From assembly GCA_963843755.1 (NCBI GenBank), contig CAWJLS010000001.1, positions 27,749-91,748 on the forward strand: DNA of 64,000 bases. Reading direction: 5' to 3'. The DNA is from an uncultured Acidobacteriota bacterium (GTDB lineage: Bacteria; Acidobacteriota; Thermoanaerobaculia; Multivoradales; DATKCC01). Of the stretch, positions 46,909 through 57,783 are shown in pieces. Position 1 is the stretch's first letter; each line of letters opens with the position of its first letter. The notes under the pieces were generated by a model. That model made no database searches. It was not told the origin of the DNA and worked only from the letters and a program-made list of their open reading frames with translations. Position numbers and translations under genes: made by a program.

Positions 46909-49900
46909 AAGGGGATTCTAATGGTCACTTCCAGTCCGCCGCCAGCGCGGTTGCGCGCGACCACCGTTCCGCCGTGCTCCTCGGCGATCCGGCGGGCGAT
47001 CGGCAGGCCGAGCCCGGTGCCCGTGTCGTGGGTGGAGAAATTGGGGTCGAAGATCCTCGGCAAGAGCTCGGGCGGAACGCCGACGCCCTGGTCGCGGACC
47101 GAGATCACCGCCCAGCCGTCGGTGCGCTCGAGCCGGACCACCACCCGCCCGCCGGCGCTGCTCGCGCGCAGGGCGTTCTCGATCAGGTTGCGCACCGCGC
47201 GGGTCAACAGCCGGCCGTCGAACCGTGCCGGCAGCGTCTCGGACGGCCCCTCGCGGACCACCTCGACGCCGGTCGTCGCCGCGCTGCGATAGGACTCGAC
47301 CAGGTCGTCCATGGTGCTCGCCAGGTCGCCGGCCCGGGGCTCGATCCGCGGGATCGAGCTGAAGGTCGAGAACTCGGAGGCGATCTGGCGCAGCTCCTCC
47401 ACCTGTCCCAGGATGTTGCGGGTGCAGCGGTCGAAGACCTCGTCGAACGCCGCGCCGCCCTCCCGGTGCACCTCCCGCATGTGCTCGGTCGACAGGCGCA
47501 GCGGCGTCAGCGGGTTCTTGATCTCGTGGGCGATGATCCGGGCCATCTCGGCCCATGCCTGGAGCCGCTGGCTGCGCAGAACCTCCGTGGCGTCCTCCAC
47601 CACGAGCAGCGCGGTCGGCTCGCCGCTCCCCGGCACCGGCACCCAGACCAGCGACCACTCCCGCTCGTCGCCCTCGTCCGGGTCGGCGAGCCGGACGGTC
47701 GTCCGGGCCGGACGGTCGCGGCCGGCTTCGACCCGGCCGCGCACCTCGTCGAGGAACTCCCGCACCGGCGCCAGACGGTCGTCCTCGAGCGTCGCACCGG
47801 CCCGCGGCTCGCCCGGTCCGGCGGTGTCGCCACCGCCCGCCTCGCCGATCTCCCGGGCCTTCGGCCGCAGCACCCGGTCGATCGGCTCCCCCACCTCGAC
47901 GCCGAGGAGATCCCGCGCCACCCGGTTGTGCATCAGCACCCGGCCGTCGCGGTCGAGGGAGACCACGCCGGAGGTGATGTTCTCGACCATCCGCTCGACC
48001 ACCTGTTTCTCGCGCACCAGGCGCTCCCGGCTCTCCGCGATCCGCCGGGCCATGGCGTCGACCGCGTCGACCAGCGCCGCCAGCTCGAGCTCCCGCGGCG
48101 CCAGGTCGAGCGACGGCGCGCCGGCGGCGATCCGGCGGGTCCCCTCCACCAGCTCCTCGATCGGCTCGCTGAATCGGCGCGCCAGGGCCCCGCCGACCGC
48201 GATCAGCAGGCCGAAGAGCACCGCCGAGACCAGGACCGCCCGCCGCCTGAGCAGGCCGAGCTCCTCGGCCACCTCCTGCTGCTGTGCTAGCAGCGGGATC
48301 GACAGGAAGAGCCGCTCCTGGTCGGCCGGGCCGCCCGGGATGTGGAGCGGCGCGTAGATCTCTAGGTGTGCCGTCGAGCCGGTCAGGTTGGTGCGGGCGC
48401 CGCGGTCGTAGCGCAGCAGCGCCAGCCGGGAGTAGATCTCGCCGGGGATGCGCTCCGGCAACAGCCCGGCGGCGAACAGCTCGGGCTTGCTCGACGCCCA
48501 GATCGAGCTCCCCCAGTAGAGGTTGACCTGGTGGTGGACGACCCGGGAGACCCACATCAGCAGCTCGTCGTCGACCTGGGTGGTGAACCCGAACCCCGGC
48601 TCGAGCGACGCGACGTAGTCGCCGATCACCCGCTGGGCCGACGCCAGGGCCGCCTCGCCGGAGCTCCTCTGCTCGCGCAGCATGCGCTCCTCGGCGTCCG
48701 ACAGCACCACCAGGTTGAACAGCAGGAGCGGCACCAGGACCAGTACGGTCAGGACGATCATCAACCGCTTGGAGTAGGAGCGCAGCGTCCGGCCGAGCAG
48801 GTCGCGAAACGCCGGACGCGGCAGGGCGAGCAGCAGCACCAGGCCTGCCGCCAGGGCAACCGCCAGAAGGTCGCCGACGGCGTGGGCGCCGACCCGTTCG
48901 AGCGCCGCGACCGGCTCGAGGATCGGCAGGTAGAGGACCTCGACACCGTCGTCGCCGGTGCGCGACCAGGCCCAAGCGCGTCCGGTCGGCGTGTCGACGA
49001 TCTGTCGGCGCTTCGCCTCCGCGGACAGGGCGGCGGGCAACGGCGGCGACTCCGGCCAGGGCGAGATCAGGGCCCGCCCCTCGGCGGTGTAGAGGCCGTA
49101 GACCACCGACTCGGGCAGGCCGAGCACCTCCTGGTCGGCCGGCTGCCGGCTGCGCAGCAGGCCGAGCTCGATCGACTCGGAGGCATCGCCCCGGCCGAGG
49201 GAGAAACCGGGACGGGGCAGGAACCAGTAGTGCACCACCGCCCAGGGCGACCCCGCGTAGCGCAGCGTCGCCTCGCCGTAGGCCTGGGTGTCGTCCCAGG
49301 CGGGCAGGCTCAGCTCCTCCCACCGGGCCACCACCCAGTCCTCCGCGTTCGGTGCGACGTCGGTCGTCACCTGCGGCCCGAAAGCGAACACCGACCGGTC
49401 GCCGACGGCCGGCTGGATGAGCAGCGCCGACAGGGTGTTGGGGCGCGCCAGCGGGGAGCGGCGCCAGAGGGCGAACGCCAGATCCTCGCGGGCCAGGCCG
49501 TCCGGGTCGCGCGGCGCGATCCGGGCCAGGTCGACGCCGGCGAAGTAGGCCTGGAGGGAGGCCTCGAACGCCTGTCGCTCAGACTGCCCCGGCGGCGCCA
49601 TCTCCGCCAGCAGGCTCTTCCCCACCGCCCCCTTGATCGCCGCGCGGTGGGCACACTCCCAGCCGGTCGCCCCCAGGCCGGCCGCCAGCACGAGCACGAT
49701 CGCCGCGGTCCCCGCCGGACGGAGGCGGCGGCGCGTCACCCAGACGCCGGACGCGCCGCCGGCGACGACGAGCAGCGCCAGACCGGCCCAGGCGAAATCG
49801 TGGAGCGCCGCACCGACCAGCAGCGCGCCGAGCGCGCCCCACACCCAGGCGGTCGATCCCGCTCTCTCCTCCGGGCCGTCGCCGCCCGGCCGGTCGTGGA

Positions 49901-51308
49901 CCAGGAGCAACAGGCCGAGGGCCGCCGCGCCGACCCCGGCCCGCAGTGCCAGGCCGTCGATCCCCGGCCACATGCGGGCCGCCAGGTCGAAGCGGCCGAT
50001 CCGCTCGATCAACAGGCGGTCGAGGCCGAACAGTCCGGCCGCCCCCGCGGCGCCGAGACCGAACACCGCCCACCGCCCGGCACCGCGGATCAGCCGGGCG
50101 ACCCGGGGCGCCAGGGCGAGCGCGACGCCCGTGAGCATCAGCCCGCCGGCCAGCACCGCCGCCGGGGCGATCGCCGCACCCGCGGCCAGGGCCGCCGCCC
50201 CCAGCCCTACCCCGACGACGGCCGTCAGGGCGCCGCGGCGTCCCGGTGTTCCAGCACCGCCCCCGGCAGGTGCCGCCGACCCCGCCGGCTCGCGGGCCTC
50301 GAATGAATCGGCCGGGTCGAGGGGCAGGGCGAGCCGCAGCCCGCGGGCCACCGCCGCGCCGAGGACGAGGACCGCCAGAAACGCCCAGGCCGCCCGCCGC
50401 TCCGTATCGCGCCAGGGCAGGGCCCCGGCCATCTCGCCTTCCGGTGGGCTCCAGACCAGAATCGGAAGACCCTCCGGCGCGACCGTCCGGGCGCCGGGGG
50501 GCAGCGGCGTCCCGGGCCTGGCCACCGACCACCGGACGTGAGCGGTCCCGAGCCGGACGCGGGCCGCCGGGGGGAGAGCGAAGGGCAGTGTTTCGGTGCG
50601 GAAACTCCTCCCCGCCACCACGCGCCACGGCCGCCGGGAGTCGTCGAGGGGCTCGACCGCCAGCAGGGTCGCCGAGCCGAAGCTGGCCGACACGTCGTAG
50701 CCTTCGGGAAGGATCTCCTCGGGGGCGGGCTCGTTCAGCAGGCCCTCGCCGGCCCAGGCGACGGCTTCGCCGTCCGGATCGACCAGCAGCAGAGTCGGCC
50801 GGCCCGGCGAGGCGTCGGACCCTTCGTCGGGCGCCGGGCCGAGCAGCCGCTCCAGGGTCTCGAACGCATGGAGCCGCTCGGCGTCCCGGGTCGCCGGCAC
50901 CTCGAGCTCCCCGGCCGCCCTCTTTGCCTGGGCCCCCAGGCGACTCCACAGATCGACCCACCGCTCTTGGAACGCGGCGGCCACCACCTCGTCGCCACGG
51001 CTCGCGGTGATCCGCTCGAGCATCCAGGGCACGAGCAGCGAGAGCACGGCGCCGGCCAGCAGGCCGATCGCCGCGGCCCGGAGGCCGCCCCGCCGCCACC
51101 GCCGGGCGGAACCGGCATCCCGGTCGCCCTGCGGCCCTCCGTCCGGACGGTCGACCGCCCGCGAAGAGCGGCTCGCGGTCCACAGCCAGAGCGCCCCGAG
51201 CAGGGCGAGGACGACGGCGTTCCACGGCGCCCGCAGCAGCGGAGCGAGAGGCAGGGCGAGCAGCAGGACCGTGCCGAGCCAGAGCGCCCGCTGCCCCGGC
51301 ACGGTCAT
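46905..51308 (-). CDS. Very large multi-pass sensor histidine kinase (HAMP-PAS-HisKA-HATPase, NtrY-like C-terminus)
   Basis: [11 protein letters not shown]-box, NLIENAL N-box, DQGVG, GTGLGL; many TM segments N-terminally. Confidence 0.9.
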   Translation of the reverse strand: MTVPGQRALWLGTVLLLALPLAPLLRAPWNAVVLALLGALWLWTASRSSRAVDRPDGGPQGDRDAGSARRWRRGGLRAAAIGLLAGAVLSLLVPWMLERITASRGDEVVAAAFQERWVDLWSRLGAQAKRAAGELEVPATRDAERLHAFETLERLLGPAPDEGSDASPGRPTLLLVDPDGEAVAWAGEGLLNEPAPEEILPEGYDVSASFGSATLLAVEPLDDSRRPWRVVAGRSFRTETLPFALPPAARVRLGTAHVRWSVARPGTPLPPGARTVAPEGLPILVWSPPEGEMAGALPWRDTERRAAWAFLAVLVLGAAVARGLRLALPLDPADSFEAREPAGSAAPAGGGAGTPGRRGALTAVVGVGLGAAALAAGAAIAPAAVLAGGLMLTGVALALAPRVARLIRGAGRWAVFGLGAAGAAGLFGLDRLLIERIGRFDLAARMWPGIDGLALRAGVGAAALGLLLLVHDRPGGDGPEERAGSTAWVWGALGALLVGAALHDFAWAGLALLVVAGGASGVWVTRRRLRPAGTAAIVLVLAAGLGATGWECAHRAAIKGAVGKSLLAEMAPPGQSERQAFEASLQAYFAGVDLARIAPRDPDGLAREDLAFALWRRSPLARPNTLSALLIQPAVGDRSVFAFGPQVTTDVAPNAEDWVVARWEELSLPAWDDTQAYGEATLRYAGSPWAVVHYWFLPRPGFSLGRGDASESIELGLLRSRQPADQEVLGLPESVVYGLYTAEGRALISPWPESPPLPAALSAEAKRRQIVDTPTGRAWAWSRTGDDGVEVLYLPILEPVAALERVGAHAVGDLLAVALAAGLVLLLALPRPAFRDLLGRTLRSYSKRLMIVLTVLVLVPLLLFNLVVLSDAEERMLREQRSSGEAALASAQRVIGDYVASLEPGFGFTTQVDDELLMWVSRVVHHQVNLYWGSSIWASSKPELFAAGLLPERIPGEIYSRLALLRYDRGARTNLTGSTAHLEIYAPLHIPGGPADQERLFLSIPLLAQQQEVAEELGLLRRRAVLVSAVLFGLLIAVGGALARRFSEPIEELVEGTRRIAAGAPSLDLAPRELELAALVDAVDAMARRIAESRERLVREKQVVERMVENITSGVVSLDRDGRVLMHNRVARDLLGVEVGEPIDRVLRPKAREIGEAGGGDTAGPGEPRAGATLEDDRLAPVREFLDEVRGRVEAGRDRPARTTVRLADPDEGDEREWSLVWVPVPGSGEPTALLVVEDATEVLRSQRLQAWAEMARIIAHEIKNPLTPLRLSTEHMREVHREGGAAFDEVFDRCTRNILGQVEELRQIASEFSTFSSIPRIEPRAGDLASTMDDLVESYRSAATTGVEVVREGPSETLPARFDGRLLTRAVRNLIENALRASSAGGRVVVRLERTDGWAVISVRDQGVGVPPELLPRIFDPNFSTHDTGTGLGLPIARRIAEEHGGTVVARNRAGGGLEVTIRIPL

Positions 51309-52981
51309 CGCCCGCCGGTGATCAGCGGCAGGTCGACGCCCCGCTCCCGGGCACAGTGGATCGCCTCCTCGTAGCCGGCGTCCGCATGCCGGGCGACGCC
51401 GCTCCCCGGATCACCGGTCAGGACCCGGTCGAGCCGCCGGGCGGCCGCGTCGGTCCCGTCGGCGACCACCACCATGCCGGCGTGCAGGCTGTAGCCGATG
51501 CCGACGCCGCCGCCGTGGTGGACCGAGACCCAGGTGGCGCCGTTGACCGCGTTGAGCATGGCGTTCAGGATCGGCCAGTCGGCGATGGCGTCCGAACCGT
51601 CGCGCATCCCCTCGGTCTCGCGGTTGGGCGACGCCACCGAGCCGGTGTCCAGGTGGTCGCGGCCGATGACGATCGGCGCCTTGACCCGGCCGGAGGCGAC
51701 CAGGTCGTTGAACACCTTGCCGGCCTTGGCACGCTCGCCGTAGCCGAGCCAGCAGATCCGCGACGGCAGCCCCTGGAAGGCGACCCGCTCCCGGGCCATC
51801 GGAATCCAGCGCGCCAGGGTCTGATCCTCGGGGAAGGTCTCGAGAATCGCCTCGTCGGTCGCCGCCAGGTCGTCCGGATCGCCGGAGAGCACCGCCCAGC
51901 GGAACGGCCCCTTGCCCTCGCAGAACAGCGGCCGGATGAACAGCGGCACGAAGCCCTGGAAGTCGAACGCGTTGTCGACCCCCGCCTCCTTGGCCTGGCC
52001 GCGCAGGTTGTTGCCGTAGTCGAAGGTGACCGCCCCCCGCTCCTGGAGGGTCAGCATGTGGCGCACGTGCTCGGCCATCGAGCCCATCGCCCGGCCGACG
52101 TACTCCTCCGGATCGCGGTCGCGCAGCGCCGACGCCTCCCGGTAGCTCAGGCCGTGGGGGACGTAGCGCAGGCTGTCGTGGGCCGAGGTCTGATCGGTCA
52201 GGGCGTCGGGAACGACGCCGCGCTCGATCAGCGCCGCCAGCAGGTCGACGGCGTTCGCCTCCACCCCGATCGAGACCGCCTCCCGGGCGTCCCGCGCCGC
52301 CAGCGCCGCCGCGATCCCCTCCTCCATCGACGGCGCCTTGCGGTCCAGGTAGCGGGTCTCCAGACGCCGGTCGATACGGCTCGCGTCGACCTCGGCCACC
52401 AGACAGACCCCCTCGTTCATGGTCACCGCCAGGGGCTGGGCGCCGCCCATGCCGCCGAGGCCCGCGGTCACCGTCAGCCGGCCGGCCAGCGAGCCGCCGA
52501 AATGCTGCCGCGCCAGGGCCGCCAGGGTCTCGTAGGTCCCCTGGAGGATCCCCTGGGTGCCGATGTAGATCCACGAGCCGGCCGTCATCTGGCCGTACAT
52601 GGTCAGCCCCAGCCCTTCGAGCCGCCGGAACTCGTCCGCCGTGGCCCACTTCGGCACCAGGAGCGAGTTCGCGATCAGCACCCGCGGGGCGTCGGCGTGG
52701 GTCCGGAACACCGCCACCGGCTTGCCCGACTGGACGAGCAGGGTCTCCTCGTTGCCCAGGCGCTTGAGCGTGGCGACGATCGCCTCGAAGCACTCCCAGT
52801 TGCGGGCCGCTTTACCGGAGCCGCCGTAGACGATCAGCTCCTCGGGGTGCTCGGCGACCTCCGGGTCCAGGTTGTTCATCAGCATGCGCAGGGCCGCCTC
52901 CTGCTGCCAGCCGCGGCAGGAGAGCGACGTGCCGCGCGGGGCACGGACGGTTCGGGGACCTGCTGTGATCGTGGTGCTCAT
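51305..52981 (-). CDS. hutU: Urocanate hydratase
   Basis: [61 protein letters not shown]. Confidence 0.98.
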   Translation of the reverse strand: MSTTITAGPRTVRAPRGTSLSCRGWQQEAALRMLMNNLDPEVAEHPEELIVYGGSGKAARNWECFEAIVATLKRLGNEETLLVQSGKPVAVFRTHADAPRVLIANSLLVPKWATADEFRRLEGLGLTMYGQMTAGSWIYIGTQGILQGTYETLAALARQHFGGSLAGRLTVTAGLGGMGGAQPLAVTMNEGVCLVAEVDASRIDRRLETRYLDRKAPSMEEGIAAALAARDAREAVSIGVEANAVDLLAALIERGVVPDALTDQTSAHDSLRYVPHGLSYREASALRDRDPEEYVGRAMGSMAEHVRHMLTLQERGAVTFDYGNNLRGQAKEAGVDNAFDFQGFVPLFIRPLFCEGKGPFRWAVLSGDPDDLAATDEAILETFPEDQTLARWIPMARERVAFQGLPSRICWLGYGERAKAGKVFNDLVASGRVKAPIVIGRDHLDTGSVASPNRETEGMRDGSDAIADWPILNAMLNAVNGATWVSVHHGGGVGIGYSLHAGMVVVADGTDAAARRLDRVLTGDPGSGVARHADAGYEEAIHCARERGVDLPLITGGR

Positions 52982-53134
52982 GGGACCGATTGTAAATCAC
53001 GAGACCACGGCCCCGGGCGGGCGGGGTCGGGGGGATGTAGGGGGGAACCAGCGGGATCATCGAGGTCGATCGGAGCGGCGAGCTCGGCGGTACGACCCGG
53101 AACACCGCGGCGTCACGACTTCGATCGTCTCGAC

Positions 53135-55009
53135 CTAGCTCAACCGGTACTTGTCCATCTTCGCCGCCAGCGTGTTCCGCGAGATCTCGAGCAGGCGCGC
53201 CGCCTGGGACTTGTTGCCGCCGGTGCGCCGGAGCGCCTCGCGGATCGCAGACTCCTCGGCGCCGGCGACCAGGCGCTCGAGCTGGAGGTCGGAGGTCGCT
53301 TCGACCCGCGCCGCCGCCTGGATCGGGCTCTCCTTGACCGCCTCGGGCAGCAGGTTGAGGTCGACCGGCCGGCCGTGGGGGCAGAGATAGACCATCTGCC
53401 GGGCGATGTTCTCGAGCTCCTCGAGATTCCCGGGGTAGTCGTAGGCGAGCAGGGCGGTCATCGCCTTGGTGGTGATGCCCGCCACCCGCTTGCCGGTCTC
53501 GTGGCAGAACCGGTTGATGTACGACTGGATCAACAGCGGCAGGTCCGCCTTGCGGGTGCGCAGGGGCGGCACGTCGATGGCGAAGCGCGACAGCCGGTAG
53601 GCCAGGTCGACCCGGAACTCGTCCCGGGCCACCGCCGGCTCGAGCGGCGCGCCGCTCGCCGCCACCAGGCGCACGTCGGACTGCAGGACCTCCTGGCTGC
53701 CGGTCGGCTCGACCTCGTTCGAACGCAGGAACCGGACCAGCCGCGCCTGCAGGTCGAGCGGCAGACCGTCGACCTCGTCCAGGAAGAGCGTGCCGCCGTC
53801 GGCCAGGGTGAGCTTGCCCTCCCGCTTGACCGGCTCGCCGCCCCGCCCCGGGACCTCGGAGCCGAACAGGTCGGCGGCGATCTGGACCGGGTTGGCGCCG
53901 GAACCGGTGGCGACGATGAACGGGCCGTTGCGCCGCGGGCTCGACAGGTGGATCGAGCGCGCCAGGAGCTCCTTGCCGACGCCGGGCTCGCCGCGCAGCA
54001 GCACGTGGACCCCGGTGTCGACCGCCACCCGCAGCCGGTCAATCACCGCCTTCATGGCGTCCGACTCCCCCACCACCAGCCCGGGATCGAGGGTCAGGTC
54101 CTGAACCCCCCGGTTACCCGGCAGGATCGGTTCGTAGCGCCCGACATGGTGCACCAGGCCGAGCGAGAGCAGATCGCCCAGGGTGAACAGCGCCGCCTCC
54201 GGCGACCACGCGGTCGGATCGAACCGCGCCAGGGCGCAGACCATGAAGTAGGGGCGGTCGAGGGCGCTGAACACCCGGTGGAAGATCCAGGCGGGCGACG
54301 ACGACTCGCCGCGGACCTGCCCCACCGTGTCGACCTCCAGCCGGCCCTCGAAGAAGACGCCGGTGTCGGGCGTCTCGCCCGGCTCTCCCGCCGGCGCTCC
54401 CTGCTCCCGGCGAGCCTCTCGATGCTCCCGGATCTGCTCCAGCACCCGGTCGCCCGCGGCCATCCAGTTCGAGTCGGTCGAGCTGACGAACTTGATGCCT
54501 GCCTGGTCGAGGTCCCCCATGAAGAGGAACAGCGCACCGCCGCCGAACTCGAGCAGCAGATCCTCCATCAGAGACTCGAGCGTCGTGCGGCTCTCGGCGT
54601 CGGCGAGCACCCAGTTGCTCACCCGGGCCAGGTGCTGGATCATCCGGGGGGCGGTCATCACCGGCGCGCAGGTCGGCGACCTCTCGGCCGGAGGATCGTC
54701 GGCGCCCTCGGCCTCCTTCTCCGGGACCACGTCCTCCACGAGCAGGGTGACGCCTCCGACCCGCACCTCGTCGAGCACCTGAAGCTCCGCCTCCTTCACC
54801 CGCTGGCCGGCCACCAGCAGCCCCTTGCGGCTGCCCAGATCCTCCACCCGCAGCGTGCCGTCCTCATAGGTCAGCAGCGCGTGGCGCTGGGAGACACCGC
54901 TGTAGGGCAGAACGATGTCGCACTCCGGGCGGCTGCCGATGACCAGCTCGCGCCGGTTGACCGGGAACCGGCGCACCCCGTCCGGAGCGTAGGCGACGAG
55001 GCGCAGCAT
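53135..55009 (-). CDS. FHA-domain AAA+ (sigma54-activator-like) regulator lacking GAFTGA
   Basis: N-terminal FHA (IGSRPECDI...VSQRHA...DLGSRKG), GEPGVGKE, ADGGTLFLDE, FRVDLAYRL, YPGNLEEL, Fis-type HTH. Confidence 0.85.
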   Translation of the reverse strand: MLRLVAYAPDGVRRFPVNRRELVIGSRPECDIVLPYSGVSQRHALLTYEDGTLRVEDLGSRKGLLVAGQRVKEAELQVLDEVRVGGVTLLVEDVVPEKEAEGADDPPAERSPTCAPVMTAPRMIQHLARVSNWVLADAESRTTLESLMEDLLLEFGGGALFLFMGDLDQAGIKFVSSTDSNWMAAGDRVLEQIREHREARREQGAPAGEPGETPDTGVFFEGRLEVDTVGQVRGESSSPAWIFHRVFSALDRPYFMVCALARFDPTAWSPEAALFTLGDLLSLGLVHHVGRYEPILPGNRGVQDLTLDPGLVVGESDAMKAVIDRLRVAVDTGVHVLLRGEPGVGKELLARSIHLSSPRRNGPFIVATGSGANPVQIAADLFGSEVPGRGGEPVKREGKLTLADGGTLFLDEVDGLPLDLQARLVRFLRSNEVEPTGSQEVLQSDVRLVAASGAPLEPAVARDEFRVDLAYRLSRFAIDVPPLRTRKADLPLLIQSYINRFCHETGKRVAGITTKAMTALLAYDYPGNLEELENIARQMVYLCPHGRPVDLNLLPEAVKESPIQAAARVEATSDLQLERLVAGAEESAIREALRRTGGNKSQAARLLEISRNTLAAKMDKYRLS

Positions 55010-55015
55010 GGCCGG

Positions 55016-56563
55016 CTATCCGATCTCCGCGAGGTGGTCGTCGAGACCGTCGCCGATGAACGCTTCGGCCACCGCCAGGTCGGGAGCCATCTCCCGGTCC
55101 TCGGTCCACGGCGCCACCCGCTGGCGCAGCGCCCCGTGCAGCGCCTCGAGCGGCGTGCTCGAGGTGAGCGGCCGGAGCAGGTCGATCCCCTGGGCCGCCG
55201 CCAGCAGCTCGATGGCGAAGACCCGGCGCACGTTGGCCACCACCTGGCCGAGCTTGATCGCCGCCCACATGCCCATGGAGACGTGGTCCTCCTTGTCCGC
55301 CGAGGTCGGGATCGAATCGACCGACGCCGGGTGGCACAGGGTCTTGTTCTCGCTCACCAGGGCGGCGGCGACGACCTGGGCGATCATGAAGCCCGAGTTG
55401 AGCCCCGCGTCCTCGACCAGGAACGGCGGCAGGCCGGAGAAAGCGGCGTTGGTCAGCTTTTCGATCCGCCGCTCGGCGATCGACCCGAGCTCGGCGACGC
55501 CCACGGCCAGCACGTCCGCGGCCAGGGCCATCGGCTCGCCGTGGAAGTTGCCGCCCGAGAGCACCGCCCCTTCCCCACCCTCCTCCGGGAACACCAGGGG
55601 GTTGTCGGTGACCGCGTTGATCTCGATCGCGACCTTGCGCTCGACGTCGTCCAGCAGGTCGCGCACGGCGCCGTGCACCTGGGGCATGCAGCGCACGCAG
55701 TACGGGTCCTGGACCCGCACGTCGCCGTACCGGTGGGACTCCCGGATCGCCGAGCCGGCCAGCAGCCGGTACAGGTTGGCGGCGCTCGCCTGCTGCCCCG
55801 GGTGGGGGCGGAGCGCATGGAGCCGGGCCTCGAAGGCGGTGTCCGTTCCGCGTAGGGCGTCGGTCGAGAAGGCGCCCGCCAGGTCGGCCAGCCGGACCAG
55901 ACGCCGGACCTCGAGCACCGCCAGGGTGAGCAGCGCGGTGATCGCCTGGGTGCCGTTGATCAACGCCAGGCCCTCTTTCGGCGCCAGGGTGAGCGGCGCG
56001 AGATCGAGCCGGCCGAGCGCCTCGGCGGCCGGCAGCTCCACGCGCCGCCCCTCCTCGATCAGCCGCACCCGCCCCCGGCCGATCACCGGCAACGCCAGGT
56101 GGGCCAGGGGGGCCAGGTCGCCGCTCGCGCCGACCGATCCCCGGCTCGGCACCACCGGCAGAGCGTCACGCTCGAGCAGGGCGAGCAGGCGCTCGACGAC
56201 CAGAGGACGGATCCCCGAGTAACCCCGTGCCAGGGCGTTAGCGCGCAGCGCCAGCATCGCCCGCACCGCCCGGTCCGGCAGCGGCTCGCCCATCCCCGCG
56301 GCGTGGGAGAGGAGCAGGCGCTCCTGGAGCAGGGCCAGGCGCTCCGGCTCGATCCGCACCGTCGCCAGATCGCCGAAGCCGGTGTTGACTCCGTAGACCG
56401 CGTCGCCGCCTCCGGCGCAGCGCTCGATCACCGCCCGGGAGGCCGCCATCGCCTGCCGCGCGCCCGCCGGCAGGGCGCAGATCGCCCGGCCGTCGGCCAC
56501 CTCTCCCACGTCCTCGACGGTCAACGAGATCCCGTCGAGATGAATCGTTCGCTCAGCGCACAT
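55016..56563 (-). CDS. hutH: Histidine ammonia-lyase
   Basis: YGVNTGFG, MIO motif GASGDLAPLAH, KEGLALINGT, VQDPYCVRC, GGNFHG, KEDHVSMG. Confidence 0.95.
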   Translation of the reverse strand: MCAERTIHLDGISLTVEDVGEVADGRAICALPAGARQAMAASRAVIERCAGGGDAVYGVNTGFGDLATVRIEPERLALLQERLLLSHAAGMGEPLPDRAVRAMLALRANALARGYSGIRPLVVERLLALLERDALPVVPSRGSVGASGDLAPLAHLALPVIGRGRVRLIEEGRRVELPAAEALGRLDLAPLTLAPKEGLALINGTQAITALLTLAVLEVRRLVRLADLAGAFSTDALRGTDTAFEARLHALRPHPGQQASAANLYRLLAGSAIRESHRYGDVRVQDPYCVRCMPQVHGAVRDLLDDVERKVAIEINAVTDNPLVFPEEGGEGAVLSGGNFHGEPMALAADVLAVGVAELGSIAERRIEKLTNAAFSGLPPFLVEDAGLNSGFMIAQVVAAALVSENKTLCHPASVDSIPTSADKEDHVSMGMWAAIKLGQVVANVRRVFAIELLAAAQGIDLLRPLTSSTPLEALHGALRQRVAPWTEDREMAPDLAVAEAFIGDGLDDHLAEIG

Positions 56564-56674
56564 AGGACCCGAAGTATAGAGGCTGAGTCGCCGCCGGTTC
56601 TACCGGAAACCACCCCCTCCTTCCGCCGGTCCCACCTCCTGGGGGAGGCGGTTCCCTGCTATCCTCCCCCCGCC

Positions 56675-57709
56675 ATGAACGACCTTTTCCTACGCGAAGC
56701 ACGGGGCGAAGCGACCGAGCGCCGTCCCGTTTGGATGATGCGCCAGGCGGGCCGCTACCTCCCCGAGTACCGGGCCATCCGGGCGGAGACCGATTTCCTC
56801 ACCATGTGCCGGACGCCCGAGCTGGTCGCCGAGGTGACGCTCCAGCCCGTGCGCCTGGTCGGCGTCGACGCGGCGATCCTGTTCGCCGACATCCTGCTCC
56901 CCCTGGACGCCATGGGCTCGGAGCTCGTGTTCGTCCAGGGCGACGGGCCGACCTTCCCGGAGCCGGTTCGCAGCCGCGCCGACATCGCCCGCCTCCGGCA
57001 CCCGGACGTGGACGAGACCCTGGGCTACGTGTTCGAAGCGGTGCGCGCAACGCGCCAGGCGATCACCCGCCTCGACGAGCAGGTGCCGCTGATCGGGTTC
57101 GCCGGCACCCCCTGGACCCTGGCCGCCTACCTGACCGAGGGGCGCAGCTCGACCACCTATCCCCAGTTGATGACCTGGAGCTGGCAGAACCCGGACGGCC
57201 TCGAGGAGCTGCTCGGCCTGATCACCGACGTTTCGGTCGACTACCTGCTCGGCCAGATCGCCGCCGGCGCCCAGGCGGTCCAGCTGTTCGACACCTGGGG
57301 CGGCCTGCTGTCCGAAGCGCGCTGGCGCCGGTTCGCCATGCCCGGCGTGGTGAAGATCGCCGAGAGCCTGCGCGCCGCCCATCCGGACGTGCCGCTGATC
57401 TACTACGGCAAGGACACCGCCCATCTGTTGGGCGCCCTGGCCGAGCTGCCGGTGGACGTCCTGTCGGTCGACTGGCGCCAGCCGCTCTCGACCGTGCGCG
57501 GCCTCGTCGGGGACAAGGTGCTCCAGGGAAACCTGGACCCGACCGCCCTGCTCGCCCCGCCGGAGGTCATCGAGCGCCATGTGGCCGCGCTGCTCGAGGA
57601 AGGCGCGGGCGGCGGCCACATCGTCAACCTGGGGCACGGCATCTTGAAGACAACGCCGCCCGACCACGCCCGGACGTTCGTCGACGCGGTCAAGCGGCTG
57701 AGTCGCTGA
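56675..57709 (+). CDS. hemE: Uroporphyrinogen decarboxylase
   Basis: PVWMMRQAGRYLPEY, AILFADIL, QLFDTW, QGNLDP, NLGHGI; ATG 56675 after TG-C-TATCCT. Confidence 0.97.
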   Translation: MNDLFLREARGEATERRPVWMMRQAGRYLPEYRAIRAETDFLTMCRTPELVAEVTLQPVRLVGVDAAILFADILLPLDAMGSELVFVQGDGPTFPEPVRSRADIARLRHPDVDETLGYVFEAVRATRQAITRLDEQVPLIGFAGTPWTLAAYLTEGRSSTTYPQLMTWSWQNPDGLEELLGLITDVSVDYLLGQIAAGAQAVQLFDTWGGLLSEARWRRFAMPGVVKIAESLRAAHPDVPLIYYGKDTAHLLGALAELPVDVLSVDWRQPLSTVRGLVGDKVLQGNLDPTALLAPPEVIERHVAALLEEGAGGGHIVNLGHGILKTTPPDHARTFVDAVKRLSR

Positions 57710-57745
57710 CTCGACCGCCCGCTCAGCCGCAGAGACCAGGGCCCC

Positions 57746-57761
57746 CGTCGGCGCGCCGACG
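57746..57761. promoter_or_regulatory. parS-like palindrome copy (may double as terminator hairpin)
   Basis: CGTCGGCGCGCCGACG, with the identical 14-bp core, between convergent hemE and acyl-CoA dehydrogenase. Confidence 0.5.
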
Positions 57762-57783
57762 AGGGGTGCGGCGCGCTACCCTC

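Noticed and set aside
52986-52999. HutC operator at the hutU promoter
   Set aside because: GATTGTAAATC is only a weak inverted repeat, does not fit TGTA-N2-TACA, and no hutC is nearby
51356-55855. 1499-aa + strand ORF, and similar long antisense ORFs (2941-5952, 23166-25928, 32916-35462, 57776-60901)
   Set aside because: Shadow ORFs of real genes in GC-rich DNA with few off-frame stops; no recognisable motifs and they fully overlap well-supported CDS
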